DNA of 64,000 nt from a virus (IMGVR_UViG_3300037467_002055:18469-82468), one strand, 5' to 3'; shown: positions 46,383 to 56,150, numbered from the stretch's first letter. Made by a program: numbers and translations. The notes: generated from the sequence alone by a model not told the origin.

Positions 46383-46785
46383 CGTCAGCCGCTTCCGTCT
46401 CGTAACGGTAGTTGCGGAAGTCGTTGGCCTTCCGGTTCACCTCGTTCTGGAAGTCCTTGAGCGACAGCAGCATTTCAGCGTTTGCCACGCTGTACGGCAG
46501 CGGCTGGCCCTTGTAGGTCACCGGGCCAGTCCAGCCCAACAGCAAGGAACGTGCCATAACGTAAGCCATGATCTTGTTCGAGCAGGCCTCGGCCGCGGCC
46601 TGGTCTTCCTCCGTGGCCTTCTGCTCGAGCACGTGCTTGTAGGTCTCGTACTGGCTGGCCAGCAGGCGGCTGTAGGTCGGGTTATGGGCGCGCGCGATCT
46701 TCAGCTTGACGCCGCCGCCCCAGTCGAACTCACGGCCTTCCTGTTCGGCTTTGGGGTCGGTCGCGTAAAGTGCATGGAAATCCAT
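46312..46785 (-). CDS. Tail assembly chaperone (gpG-like)
   Basis: 157 aa between tail tube and tape measure, with a slippery site near its 3' end. Confidence 0.85.
   Translation of the reverse strand: MDFHALYATDPKAEQEGREFDWGGGVKLKIARAHNPTYSRLLASQYETYKHVLEQKATEEDQAAAEACSNKIMAYVMARSLLLGWTGPVTYKGQPLPYSVANAEMLLSLKDFQNEVNRKANDFRNYRYETEAADEKNSPATSDGTSNGDPSSSTSSS
46375..46382 (-). other. Programmed -1 frameshift slippery sequence
   Basis: GAA AAA AAC (A AAA AAC heptamer). Confidence 0.8.
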
Positions 46786-46818
46786 GTTGAGTATCCGGTG
46801 GTGGGTTAAGGAGGTGAC

Positions 46819-46847
46819 AGTTTGGATTCTTCATTGCCACCTGTCAA
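46819..46847 (-). promoter_or_regulatory. sigma70-like promoter for the chaperone genes
   Basis: TTGACA-N17-CAAACT. Confidence 0.6.
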
Positions 46848-46862
46848 GATCCTGTCGGAAAT

Positions 46863-46890
46863 AAAAATGGGCGTGGCCGAAGCCACGCCC
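46863..46890 (-). terminator. Intrinsic terminator after the tail tube gene
   Basis: GGGCGTGGC-TTCG-GCCACGCCC followed by ATTTTT. Confidence 0.88.
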
Positions 46891-46919
46891 AATCCCACAG
46901 GCCCACCCCTAGAGAACTG

Positions 46920-48158
46920 TTACGGCGCTACGGCAGCGCCCACGCGGTCGATGAAGATCGTCTGGCGCAGCGCCGCGACCGCATTGGTCTTGTCCGCATA
47001 GCCAGTGTAATCGAATTCAGCCATCATGTCGGTGTCCTGGCCGCCGGCCAGCACCTGGCCATTCGACAGCTGCACTTTCGGCACAGTGATCACATAGCCG
47101 TTGCCAGCCGTATCGGTCGTCTGGATCGTGAACGACGTATAGGTGTCGGCCAGGTATTTCGCGAACAGCGAACCGTTCGCGAAGTAGATCGTCAGCTTGC
47201 CCGACACCTTGAAGGTGCCGATGCCGACGCCCACCAGGCCCAGCGTACCAGCGGCGTCTTGCGCGCGCAGATTGCTGTCGATGTCCATCGTGATCGACTT
47301 GATCGAGGTCGTGGTCAGCGGCGCGCCGCCTTCCCACAGCTGGCCAAGGCCGCGCACGCCGTTCTGGATGTCGTACGTGTTCGACGCGGCCACCGCACCG
47401 GTCAGCTGCGTGGTGGAGTTGGCCAGCATGTCCTTGCCGAGGAACGTGAACGTGCCTTCGGTCAGCGCCTTCGAAGCGAACGAGGTCGAGAACTTCGACA
47501 CGTTCATGCCGCGGAAAGTATGGTACTGGCCCACGTCCAGCATCTGCTTCTCGATCGAGAACGGTTGCAGCGTGACGCCGTTGGTCAGGCGCGACGTAGC
47601 GATCGAGCTGCCGGCCACCGTGGTCGAGGCGGCCAGCGGCGTGTTGACGTCCAGCGTGACCGTGGTCGTGGTGGTCGCCACCGACGTCGACACGCGCACG
47701 ATCTTGCCATCGTTCGGGTCGCCCGGCATGTTGATCTTGAACCACTGGCCCGGCTGCAGATTGGCGAATGCGCTGGAGCCCGTCGGCGCGGCGCCGGCGG
47801 TGATCACCGAAGCCACCGAGCCGGCGGTGCCGGCCGTCACCGACGCCGAGAACGTGGTACCGACGCCGTTGGTGCCGTAGGCGCTCCAGCTCGAACGCAG
47901 CAGACCGGCCAGCAGGCGGTCGTATTCGGCGTACTGGACGTGCACCTTGATGTCGCCGTCGGCCTGCGCGCCGGTCGTCGTCGACGAGGTCAGCTGCGCG
48001 GTCGGGTTGATCTCCTTGTCGCTCTCCTTCGTCAGCGCGAACTTCAGCGACTCGCCCGTCAGACGCAGTGCATACGGATTGCCGGTGGTCGGGATCGTAC
48101 CGAAAGTCGATTCGGGCACATAGGCGATCTGTACCCGGTTGGCGGCGGCGAATGGCAT
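46920..48158 (-). CDS. Major tail tube protein
   Basis: 412 aa, QIAYVPESTFG..P start, GESL, FSIEKQ, position before the chaperones. Confidence 0.85.
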   Translation of the reverse strand: MPFAAANRVQIAYVPESTFGTIPTTGNPYALRLTGESLKFALTKESDKEINPTAQLTSSTTTGAQADGDIKVHVQYAEYDRLLAGLLRSSWSAYGTNGVGTTFSASVTAGTAGSVASVITAGAAPTGSSAFANLQPGQWFKINMPGDPNDGKIVRVSTSVATTTTTVTLDVNTPLAASTTVAGSSIATSRLTNGVTLQPFSIEKQMLDVGQYHTFRGMNVSKFSTSFASKALTEGTFTFLGKDMLANSTTQLTGAVAASNTYDIQNGVRGLGQLWEGGAPLTTTSIKSITMDIDSNLRAQDAAGTLGLVGVGIGTFKVSGKLTIYFANGSLFAKYLADTYTSFTIQTTDTAGNGYVITVPKVQLSNGQVLAGGQDTDMMAEFDYTGYADKTNAVAALRQTIFIDRVGAAVAP

Positions 48159-48231
48159 AGTGGTTCTCCAGAGAAATTTCCCCGGAGTCTACCAAGCTTT
48201 TATTGCCATGTGTAAATTGTTTGCTCTTTAT

Positions 48232-48657
48232 TTACCGGGCCGGGCTGAAATAGTAGAACGGCACGATCGCGCTCTGGTACCAGAGCCCAAGTCGTGCCTG
48301 CCCCTTCACCGGCACCGCCGCGTGGCATTGCAGCGGGCCGAAACCCTGCGTGCTGAAATATGGCAGCACGAAGTCGAGCAGCGCTTCGGCGTCGGCCACG
48401 CCAGCGCCATTCTTCACGACCGCCGAGATGTAGATCTGGCCTTCATACCGGATGTTCGGATTCGCCCCAAGTTCGGCCTGCTCACCGCCCAGGTGGACGA
48501 CGCTCACCTGCAGGAACGGATCGGTCTGGGTGGACAGATCAACCAGTGCCCGGTTGGGCGTCTCGACGACCAGCGGATAGACTGTGTGGTCGGTAACGAT
48601 CTGCTGGACGACGGCCATCACGGCCGCGCGCGCCTGGCTCATGTTCATGGCGATCAT
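48232..48657 (-). CDS. Tail terminator / completion protein
   Basis: 141 aa immediately upstream of the tail tube. Confidence 0.6.
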   Translation of the reverse strand: MIAMNMSQARAAVMAVVQQIVTDHTVYPLVVETPNRALVDLSTQTDPFLQVSVVHLGGEQAELGANPNIRYEGQIYISAVVKNGAGVADAEALLDFVLPYFSTQGFGPLQCHAAVPVKGQARLGLWYQSAIVPFYYFSPAR

Positions 48658-49196
48658 GGAGTCTCCGGGATAGGCTTGGGTTTAATGTTTTGGGCCAGTG
48701 TCTTGATGTACACCTCGATGCTGGTGCCGGTCGGGATGGCGTTCTCCGGACGCAGGCGCTCGATACCATCCAGCCCTTCCATGGTGGTGCCCTCGTCGCC
48801 GACGCGCAGCTCGGTGGCGTTCACGAAGTGCACGCGGCTCTTCATCGTCACGCCTCTGAGCTGCGCTGCACCCCGCGCAAGAGACGTCTTGACCGCCTCA
48901 AGGTCGCCCGCCTGGTGCACACGATACTCGACGGTTCCATTCTTCCTGTGAACCGGCACCACGGAGCCCGCGAGCTTGTCAGGCCACATCCGGTAGACCG
49001 GCATGTCACCATCGACAGCGATATTCCAGTTGCTGGCAAAGTCGCCGGTGTACTGAGGCGACACGCGCACCGCCTGCTCAAACAGGTAGTACAGCTTCTG
49101 GCGGAAGCGCCCGTCGGCGGTCTTCTGCAGCTTGTCGCGCACGGCCGCCAGCTTCTTGAGGTTCATGCGGATCGTGTCCGCGCGCACCGCGATCAC
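48654..49196 (-). CDS. Neck / tail-completion protein
   Basis: 180 aa, SPQYTGDFASNWNI motif like HK97 gp10-type proteins. Confidence 0.6.
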   Translation of the reverse strand: MIAVRADTIRMNLKKLAAVRDKLQKTADGRFRQKLYYLFEQAVRVSPQYTGDFASNWNIAVDGDMPVYRMWPDKLAGSVVPVHRKNGTVEYRVHQAGDLEAVKTSLARGAAQLRGVTMKSRVHFVNATELRVGDEGTTMEGLDGIERLRPENAIPTGTSIEVYIKTLAQNIKPKPIPETP

Positions 49197-50032
49197 ACCA
49201 GCCTCACCCGCAGCACGCGCGCGTCGCTCTCGATCACGGACGTAAGCACGCGCCAGCGCGCGTCCAGCATGGTCAGCTCGCTGCCTGGCTGCGGCGCGAT
49301 GCTGGCGGCCGCCACGAACACGACGCGATCGCCCGGTTGGGAATCACTCTCGGCCTGCGCACGGTACTTGTAGAACTTCATCGAGTCAGCCTGCACCACT
49401 GGCAAGGTGACGCTCGCCGTTGTCTGGCGATCCGTGACAAGGTCGGGCAGGCCGGCCGTGATGAAGGTCGCGCTCTGACGCGCGTCGCTGGCGAACTCGT
49501 CGGCTTCCAGCACGATCAGCCCATTAACCTCGGCGTACAGGCCGCGCACGCGGTACAGGGTCGAGCCCTCGCGCAGGAACTGGCCGCGCATGTCGGCGCC
49601 ATCAGCGGCCACGATCGAAATGCCCCACTGGGAATCCCAGTCGCTATAGCTCTTCTGGTTGCCTGCGTCCCGGTACAGTTCCTTCTGGGTATAGACCAGC
49701 GTGCCGGCGACGTCGGCACAGGCCTGCGCCGGCGACAGCCGGTACATCGCGCTGGTGCCGCGCTTGATGTCCCAGGTGCGCCGGACCAAGGTGCCGCGGA
49801 AGCTATCCACCGTGCTGTTGCAGACCAGCCAAGGGTCGCCCAGCAGCGTGATCACGCCGCGCGCGGGCACCGTGGCATCCACCTCGGTCGTCATTGAGCG
49901 GCGGCGGATGGTGGCGCCGGCCGACGTCTGGTCGGTGGCGGCCCGCGAGTGGCAGTAGAACAGGAACTCGCCGGTGTACGCGTCGTGCACCGGGTCGTTG
50001 CTGAAATACGATGTGACCGCCCCGAACTCCAT
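49193..50032 (-). CDS. Head-closure / head-tail joining protein
   Basis: 279 aa following the adaptor. The C-terminal third resembles stopper proteins (PQPGSELTM...WRVL). Confidence 0.5.
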   Translation of the reverse strand: MEFGAVTSYFSNDPVHDAYTGEFLFYCHSRAATDQTSAGATIRRRSMTTEVDATVPARGVITLLGDPWLVCNSTVDSFRGTLVRRTWDIKRGTSAMYRLSPAQACADVAGTLVYTQKELYRDAGNQKSYSDWDSQWGISIVAADGADMRGQFLREGSTLYRVRGLYAEVNGLIVLEADEFASDARQSATFITAGLPDLVTDRQTTASVTLPVVQADSMKFYKYRAQAESDSQPGDRVVFVAAASIAPQPGSELTMLDARWRVLTSVIESDARVLRVRLV

Positions 50033-50033
50033 G

Positions 50034-50522
50034 TCAGGCTCCGGTGACCGGATCGGAAGCGAGACCGACAGCGAGACCGAAAATACGGTCGACGGTCACC
50101 GGCGCCGGCGCATTGGCGTTGACGGCGGCATAGGCCCGGCGCAGGCGCGCGCCCAGCTTGTCCAGCACAGCGCCGACATCTGTGCGCAGCTGCGCATAGA
50201 AATCAGCATTGCGCGTGAGCTCGGATTTCTCGTCCTTGATGGTCTGCGGCGCGAACATGGGCAGCGAGGTCAGGCATTGCCAGGCCACGTTATAGGCGGC
50301 GTAAGCCTGAGCAAGGTCGAGAAAGCGCTCCTGGTCGGAGGTAACATCGGTCAGCGCGCTGAGCGTGGCGAAGTCGGCCGTCATCTGGGGGTGCATGTCG
50401 AACATGTCTTCGCGCAGCTGGGTGGCGTAAATCGAGTTGGTCAGGACGGTATCGGGCAATTCCTGTGCCGAGACGCCAAGTACGGCGCGCACGCTGTCGG
50501 TAGTGACGAGGTTGACGGACAT
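50034..50522 (-). CDS. Head-tail adaptor protein
   Basis: 162 aa helical, VRAVLGVSAQEL, AGGAG RBS, position after the capsid genes. Confidence 0.6.
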   Translation of the reverse strand: MSVNLVTTDSVRAVLGVSAQELPDTVLTNSIYATQLREDMFDMHPQMTADFATLSALTDVTSDQERFLDLAQAYAAYNVAWQCLTSLPMFAPQTIKDEKSELTRNADFYAQLRTDVGAVLDKLGARLRRAYAAVNANAPAPVTVDRIFGLAVGLASDPVTGA

Positions 50523-50576
50523 TTTATTCTCCTGTGGACAGAAGTATTGTGGCACAGAAATTGCTTTTGGCAAAGA

Positions 50577-50602
50577 AAAGCCCGCCTCATGGGCGGGCTT
50601 TC
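50577..50602. terminator. Intrinsic terminator (bidirectional-looking)
   Basis: AAAGCCCGCC-TCATG-GGCGGGCTTT. Confidence 0.8.
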
Positions 50603-50618
50603 GTGGCCTGTCGAAGGA

Positions 50619-50867
50619 TCACTTCGGCGCCGGCGTAAAGTCGACGTAAAAGGTGTCGCCCAGCCGGAAGCGGCCAAGCAGCTCCGGGTTGGTCACGGTC
50701 ATCTGCAGGCTGGCCGAGGGCGTCCAGTTCGCGAACGTGTTGTTCTCGTCGCTGCCGTCGGCAGGGTAGCCGTCCGACTTGCAGACGGCGTAGAAGTGCC
50801 ACGTCTCGCAGCCGGAGCCTACGGCCACATGGGAGATCGCCATCTTGGCGCGCATCACGGTGCTCAT
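50619..50867 (-). CDS. Small conserved phage protein
   Basis: 82 aa, MRAK...ENNTFANWTPSASLQMTVTNP...FYVDFTPA is a recurrent phage family. Confidence 0.75.
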   Translation of the reverse strand: MSTVMRAKMAISHVAVGSGCETWHFYAVCKSDGYPADGSDENNTFANWTPSASLQMTVTNPELLGRFRLGDTFYVDFTPAPK

Positions 50868-51172
50868 GCCTGCACCTCGCCAGCCGGCTGCTCGCCGCGC
50901 GCGGCGGCCTGGGCGGCTTCGGCCGCAGCCAGCGCGTCCAGACGGGCGCGCTCGTCGGCCTCGTTCTGGGCCGCAAGTCGTGCTGCCTCTTTCTCGGACA
51001 GGTCCGAAGTCGGATCGCCGCAGCGCTTGATGGTCGGCTGGTCCTTGACCCATTGGGTGTGGGTGGCTTTGATCGGCTCGCCCGGTTCGAAGCGCGTGCC
51101 CGATACCGGATCGACCATGGCGAACTGGCCCTCGTTCTTCAGCCACGCGCCGTTCTTGTCTGCGATGTTCAT
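50864..51172 (-). CDS. Hypothetical protein (head region)
   Basis: 102 aa, AGGAG RBS, own promoter-like sequence. Confidence 0.7.
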   Translation of the reverse strand: MNIADKNGAWLKNEGQFAMVDPVSGTRFEPGEPIKATHTQWVKDQPTIKRCGDPTSDLSEKEAARLAAQNEADERARLDALAAAEAAQAAARGEQPAGEVQA

Positions 51173-51246
51173 AAATTCTCCTGAGTGGTGAGTGCAAGGA
51201 TTGTGCCATGGAAGCTGACATATCGCAACACAACTTGCCAGTAAAC

Positions 51247-51270
51247 AAAACGGCCCCGAAGGGCCGTTTT
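51247..51270. terminator. Intrinsic terminator after the major capsid gene
   Basis: AAAACGGCCC-CGAA-GGGCCGTTTT. Confidence 0.88.
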
Positions 51271-51286
51271 GCTGGGATCGGCCGGA

Positions 51287-52504
51287 TTAGCCGAAGTACA
51301 GCGCGTCGAACGGGGTCAGCTCCGAGTCGCCGAAGAAGCGGAACACCTCCGCCGACCAGTGCATGACCATCTTCTCGCTGCGACGCGAGATGAAGCTTTC
51401 CACCGCGGTGTACTCGGCTTCCGTGTTGGTCACCATCGTGATCGCCTGCGAAGCGTCGACGGCCCAGATGGTGTTCGCCGGCACCGGGCCGCCGTTCACG
51501 GCTTCCTCGACTAGGAAGAATTTCACGTCCTGGGCGAAGTTCGAGTTCTGCAGGTTGACCTGCGCGTCGATGGTCGACAGGCGCGGATCGTAAGCCGACA
51601 GGCCCGGGCGGCCGGTGCGCGACTCGTACGCCAGATAGGCGTTGATGTCGCCGATGATGTGGGTGATGCGACGCTTCTTGCGGTTGCGCGCCAGGAACTT
51701 CATCCAGGCCTTGTGCGTCATCACGCCGCCGGTAGCGGCCGCGTCCAGAGTCGAAGCCGTCACGACCGGCACGGCGCCCGTCACCATGTCGTTGTCGCCG
51801 CTCCACAGGCTCGACAGGTAATTGTAGACGCGCTGATCCTTTTCGACTTCAAGGTAGCGCTTGACCGTGAAGGCCAGGGTGTCGATGGTCGACGACTTCA
51901 TGGCCTGCTGCGACATCTCGATGCCCATGCCGTAGGTCGGCAGGCGGCGGAACTTGTCGCTGGTGGTGATCGCCAGCATCGTCGGCGTGTCGGCCATCTG
52001 CGCGATGCGCTGATGCTTGGCCTGCTGCGGGCCATTGCCGGTGTTGTAGTTGATGATCGGCTGCTCGAACACGTCGCCGCCGATCGACAGCTTCTGCGCC
52101 ACCATGTCTTCGAACAGGATGGTGTCGGACTTGCGGTCCACGTTCACCTGGGCTTCGACGTACGCGATCAGCGCGGCAGGGAACAGGGTGCGCGACTGGG
52201 TGCCGAACGGGGTGCCGCGCTGCTCGGTGTTGGTCACGGCCGACTGGAAGCCGCTGGTGCCGTCCAGGATCTCGGCGACGGTCGGTGCGCGCAGGCCGAA
52301 GGGGTTGTCCTTGGGTGCGGTGATGATGCCTTCCGAGGCGCACAGCTGCGAGAACGCCGAGCCCTTGGAGGCGTCGATGTCCTTGCCGTACTTCGAGTTC
52401 AGCAGCTGGGGAACAGATTTTTTCTGTTCCTTGGCTTCGATGTAGATCGATGCGTCCAGCTTGACTTCGTGCTGGCCGCCCTTGGAGTCGATGATGAATG
52501 CCAT
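51287..52504 (-). CDS. Major capsid protein
   Basis: 405 aa, extreme codon bias, downstream of protease, scaffold and decoration genes, strong terminator. Confidence 0.85.
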   Translation of the reverse strand: MAFIIDSKGGQHEVKLDASIYIEAKEQKKSVPQLLNSKYGKDIDASKGSAFSQLCASEGIITAPKDNPFGLRAPTVAEILDGTSGFQSAVTNTEQRGTPFGTQSRTLFPAALIAYVEAQVNVDRKSDTILFEDMVAQKLSIGGDVFEQPIINYNTGNGPQQAKHQRIAQMADTPTMLAITTSDKFRRLPTYGMGIEMSQQAMKSSTIDTLAFTVKRYLEVEKDQRVYNYLSSLWSGDNDMVTGAVPVVTASTLDAAATGGVMTHKAWMKFLARNRKKRRITHIIGDINAYLAYESRTGRPGLSAYDPRLSTIDAQVNLQNSNFAQDVKFFLVEEAVNGGPVPANTIWAVDASQAITMVTNTEAEYTAVESFISRRSEKMVMHWSAEVFRFFGDSELTPFDALYFG

Positions 52505-52510
52505 GATGTA

Positions 52511-53062
52511 TTAGCTCCCGACGCGAGAAATGACGATGGTGGTGCCGGGAGCCCCGGTACCTGCGGTACCCAGCGAAACGACACGCCAGGCGTAGAGGGC
52601 CAGCTTGGCCTGGATGCCAGCGGTGGCAAGGTCTGCCGGCGTGGTGCCGAGCTGGACGGTGGACTTGACCACGAGCGGGAAAGTGTTGACCATCTTGGTG
52701 CCCTTGGCTTCCTGGGCGCCAGCGACGACCCAGTCGCCGATGGCAAGGTTGCCGGTGCCTGGCGTTGCCTGCAGGCCGTTGGCGGTGACGAACAGCTCTT
52801 CCTCTTCGATGATGCCGCCGACGGTCCAGCCGCCGGACGTGGCCTGCTCGACCGAGGTGATGCAGCCTTCGATGTAGTCGCCATTGGCGCACAGGTCGAA
52901 CTGCGATTCGCCGACCAGCTTGACCAGCTTGCCGTCGTCGACGCCGGGCGTCATGGAGCCGCCGGTGCCCGGGACGCCGCCGGTCGCGATGGCAGAGCCG
53001 AGGCGGACGGTCATGACGTCGGGGGTAGCACCCGTCGGTACGATGTAATGTGCTTTGGACAT
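52511..53062 (-). CDS. Head decoration / cement protein
   Basis: 183 aa Gly/Thr-rich, between scaffold and capsid, GKLVKLVGES..DLCANGDYIEG. Confidence 0.65.
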   Translation of the reverse strand: MSKAHYIVPTGATPDVMTVRLGSAIATGGVPGTGGSMTPGVDDGKLVKLVGESQFDLCANGDYIEGCITSVEQATSGGWTVGGIIEEEELFVTANGLQATPGTGNLAIGDWVVAGAQEAKGTKMVNTFPLVVKSTVQLGTTPADLATAGIQAKLALYAWRVVSLGTAGTGAPGTTIVISRVGS

Positions 53063-53074
53063 GGTGATCCCCTA

Positions 53075-53689
53075 TTACTTGATGAGAGAGCTCTTCATTG
53101 CCAGGTCCAGCATCGGATTGATGACAGGCTTGGCATCCTTTTCTTCCGGTGCCGCGACGGCAGCGACACCGCCGACACGGAACTGCTTCTTGAAGACGGT
53201 GTCGATGCGCGAATACTCGGCAGCGATATTCGTGGCGGTGTAGCCGGCGGCGATATCAGCCGAACCGCCCAGCGCCACCAGCTTCTCGCCAAGGGCGATA
53301 CGCAGGGTGGCGACCAGACCGTCGACGGCGGCGGCTTGCGCCTTGAAGCCTTCGGCTTCGACCTTGGCGGCAATCAGCGCGCTGTCCTTCTCGGTCAGCT
53401 GCGCCTGCAGATGCGCCACCAGGGCGGACTGGTCGGCGGCGGTCGTCGTGCCGGAAGCCGTCACGGTGTTGGTGGTCGTCACGGTGCCACTGGTCGTCGT
53501 TGCGGCGTCGTCCGTGGCAGCGGCCGTAGCAGCTGCGGCAGCGGCGTCGTCGGCACCGGCTGCGGCATCCGTGTCGGCGGCGGCCGGATTGCCCGGCGGA
53601 TTTGCTTCAGGAGCCGTCGCCAGCGAAGCGACTACCTCCGGAGAAGCACCAGTTGCCAGTGCGGCGATTTGTGCGGCGTTGAGTTTCAT
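53075..53689 (-). CDS. Capsid scaffolding protein
   Basis: 204 aa, Ala/Thr low-complexity linker then coiled coil, position after the protease. Confidence 0.65.
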   Translation of the reverse strand: MKLNAAQIAALATGASPEVVASLATAPEANPPGNPAAADTDAAAGADDAAAAAATAAATDDAATTTSGTVTTTNTVTASGTTTAADQSALVAHLQAQLTEKDSALIAAKVEAEGFKAQAAAVDGLVATLRIALGEKLVALGGSADIAAGYTATNIAAEYSRIDTVFKKQFRVGGVAAVAAPEEKDAKPVINPMLDLAMKSSLIK

Positions 53690-53714
53690 TTCGGCATCCT
53701 TTTGAACAGTGGCA

Positions 53715-53743
53715 ATTATTGGGCACGATTTTTGCTGTGTCAA
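53715..53743 (-). promoter_or_regulatory. sigma70-like promoter for scaffold-decoration-capsid
   Basis: TTGACA-N17-AATAAT overlapping the protease stop. Confidence 0.6.
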
Positions 53744-54540
53744 CGTTTTTTCGCTGCGGCAACAGCTTGCTCACGTGTCTGCACCTTGTCGACCAGGCCC
53801 GCCGTCACGGCGCGCTTGCCCAAAAAGGTGCGACCCTGACCCATGCGCTCGCGCACGTCGGCGGCATCGGTGCCGCGCATCTTGGCGACGTGGGCCTCAA
53901 ACATCGCGCTGACGTCGTTCACCTGGGCCTGCATCTCGGCCTTGGCGGCATCCGACAGCGGCTCGTACGGGTTGCCCAGCATCTTGTATTCGCCCGAGCG
54001 GATCACGGTCTTGTCGACGCCGGCATCGCCAAGCTGGCGCGCGACCGATGTATGCACCAGCACAGCGCCGATCGAGCCGGTGACGCCCATCGGCTCGATC
54101 GACAGGTTGTCGGCCGCGCACATCGCCCAGTAGCAGGCGGATGCCGCGGTGGTTTCGACGTGGCCGGAGATCGGCTTGACGGCTTTCAGCTGGCTGATGT
54201 AATCGGCCAGTGGCTGCGCGCCGGCGGCGGCACCGCCGCCCGATTTGCCGATCAGCAGCATCGATTTGATGTCCGGATCCATCGCTGCTTCGGTCAGGGC
54301 CGATTCAATGTCGGCATAGCCGGTGACGCCGAACAGGCTCATCCAGCCAGCATGACCCATGATGAGCGAACCCTGAATAGGGACGATGGCCAGGCTGCCC
54401 TGCTTCTCCCACGCGGAGGGCAGGTCCGGCATGTCACCGCCGCGCGCCTGCATCGTCGCTGCCAGCGCCTTGACGCTGGCCTGCGCCTGCAGATAGGTCT
54501 CGTAGCTCTCCTCGGAGCCAGCCCAGAGAATCGGGATCAT
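53740..54540 (-). CDS. Head maturation protease, S49 (SppA/lambda gpC-like)
   Basis: KSGGG, AASACYW, TGSIG, SGEYK, GQGRTF. Confidence 0.9.
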   Translation of the reverse strand: MIPILWAGSEESYETYLQAQASVKALAATMQARGGDMPDLPSAWEKQGSLAIVPIQGSLIMGHAGWMSLFGVTGYADIESALTEAAMDPDIKSMLLIGKSGGGAAAGAQPLADYISQLKAVKPISGHVETTAASACYWAMCAADNLSIEPMGVTGSIGAVLVHTSVARQLGDAGVDKTVIRSGEYKMLGNPYEPLSDAAKAEMQAQVNDVSAMFEAHVAKMRGTDAADVRERMGQGRTFLGKRAVTAGLVDKVQTREQAVAAAKKR

Positions 54541-56144
54541 TTTTGCGGTCCTTTCGGTTTGCTCGGCGCGTCGGACTTCTGGCCTTGCTGGTTCGCGCCC
54601 TGCTTGTTGCCCAGCGGCGCGGCCTTCTTGTTCGGGTTGGTCGGGTCGCTCGACGTGCCGTCGCCCTGGCCGGGCACGCCGCCCGGGTTCGGGCGCTCGC
54701 CCTGCGCCGTCACCGGCGTGAAGAAGCCGGTACCGGACAGCGGCTTGAAGCCGGCCGGCGTCATCTCGCCCGTCAGCTGGAGGGCGGCCTCGTCATCGCT
54801 CATGAATCCAAGGCTCAGGAGCTCGAGGACGCGCGCCTGCTTCATTGACTTGAACGACTCGAGCTCGCTGGCCGGGCGCAGATCGATATCGTCGAACAGG
54901 AATTCGACGGTCACGTCGTTGCCGAACAGGCGCACGCACAGCGTCATGGCCTTGGACAGGATCTCCTGCAGCTTCAGGCGGATCATGCCGTTGGCGCTGA
55001 GCATGAAGACCATGGTCTCGGTACTGGCCACGTTCTGCGAACCCGCGCCGTGGCCCAGGATCGACGGCATGACTTTGGCGCCGGTCGAGACCTTCTCGTC
55101 GTAGATGTTCTTGACCGTCTCGAAGTCGGTCGCGTCGCTGCCCTTGTGCTCCACCGTCTTAACGATGAAGAAGTCGAAGTGCACGATCGCGTCTTCCGGG
55201 TTCATGCTGTTGATGACCGTCTGGATCGAGCCGATCGTCGTATTCAGGAATTCGTTCGCTTTCGCGGTGTCGTTCAGCACCTCGGGCGGCATGCGCGCGC
55301 GCAGCTTCTCCTCGTCGATCTCGACGTCATAGCGCGGGAACACGGCGCGCTTGCAGATCCGGCGCATGTCGCTGACGAAATCGGCTGAGGCCAGCACCGG
55401 CTGCACGGCGCCTTCCAGCGGGCTGATCGCGTAGGCGGTCAGCAGATCCTGGTCAAGCGAGGTGTAGAAGAATGTCGGCTGGTCCAGGTCGATGTAGTCG
55501 CCCGAGATCAGCTGCTGCGGGAAGATGTGCTGGGTGTCCTTGTCCTCGCGGAAGATGATCTGGGACACCGACACCGGCTGGAACTTGTATGGCATGCGGT
55601 TCTTGTCCAGCACCAGCTCCATCGCGCAACCACCCTCGATGATGAGCTCCTTGCCCAGAGACTCGCACAGCGAGCGCATGCACGCCACCTGCGAGAAGCC
55701 CGAGGCGTAATCCGGCATCAGGTCGAACTGGCGCAGGATGTTGGTGGCCAGCGCGGTGGCGTCGCGGTTGAACGAACCATCGATGTTGCGCGCGACAACG
55801 TGCCATTTCTCTGGGATGCCGACGCGCAGGAAGGCGTTCACCGCGGCCGACAGGTCTGGCGTCAGGCGTGCCAGCGCGCGGATGACGCCAGGCGTGGTCG
55901 ACGCCTGGCGCGCCACCGACGCGATGTCGGTCGAGGCGGCCCGGCTGTCATTCTTGAGCAGCGGCGCCGAGACGAAGGTCGTCGTCGGGACGTAGCTTGG
56001 CTGGGTCTGTTGCTTATTGGCCACCTTCGGCGTCATCACCGTCGGCATGTCAGGCTGGCCCGTCACCGGGACGAGCGCCTGCTTCGCGCTGTTTTTCGCA
56101 GCGGTGGCAGTTTTGGCGAGGAATTTCCAGGCGGCAGTAAACAT
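54537..56144 (-). CDS. Portal protein
   Basis: 535 aa between terminase and protease, helical, with a low-complexity C-terminal tail. Confidence 0.82.
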   Translation of the reverse strand: MFTAAWKFLAKTATAAKNSAKQALVPVTGQPDMPTVMTPKVANKQQTQPSYVPTTTFVSAPLLKNDSRAASTDIASVARQASTTPGVIRALARLTPDLSAAVNAFLRVGIPEKWHVVARNIDGSFNRDATALATNILRQFDLMPDYASGFSQVACMRSLCESLGKELIIEGGCAMELVLDKNRMPYKFQPVSVSQIIFREDKDTQHIFPQQLISGDYIDLDQPTFFYTSLDQDLLTAYAISPLEGAVQPVLASADFVSDMRRICKRAVFPRYDVEIDEEKLRARMPPEVLNDTAKANEFLNTTIGSIQTVINSMNPEDAIVHFDFFIVKTVEHKGSDATDFETVKNIYDEKVSTGAKVMPSILGHGAGSQNVASTETMVFMLSANGMIRLKLQEILSKAMTLCVRLFGNDVTVEFLFDDIDLRPASELESFKSMKQARVLELLSLGFMSDDEAALQLTGEMTPAGFKPLSGTGFFTPVTAQGERPNPGGVPGQGDGTSSDPTNPNKKAAPLGNKQGANQQGQKSDAPSKPKGPQK

Positions 56145-56150
56145 TGCCGC

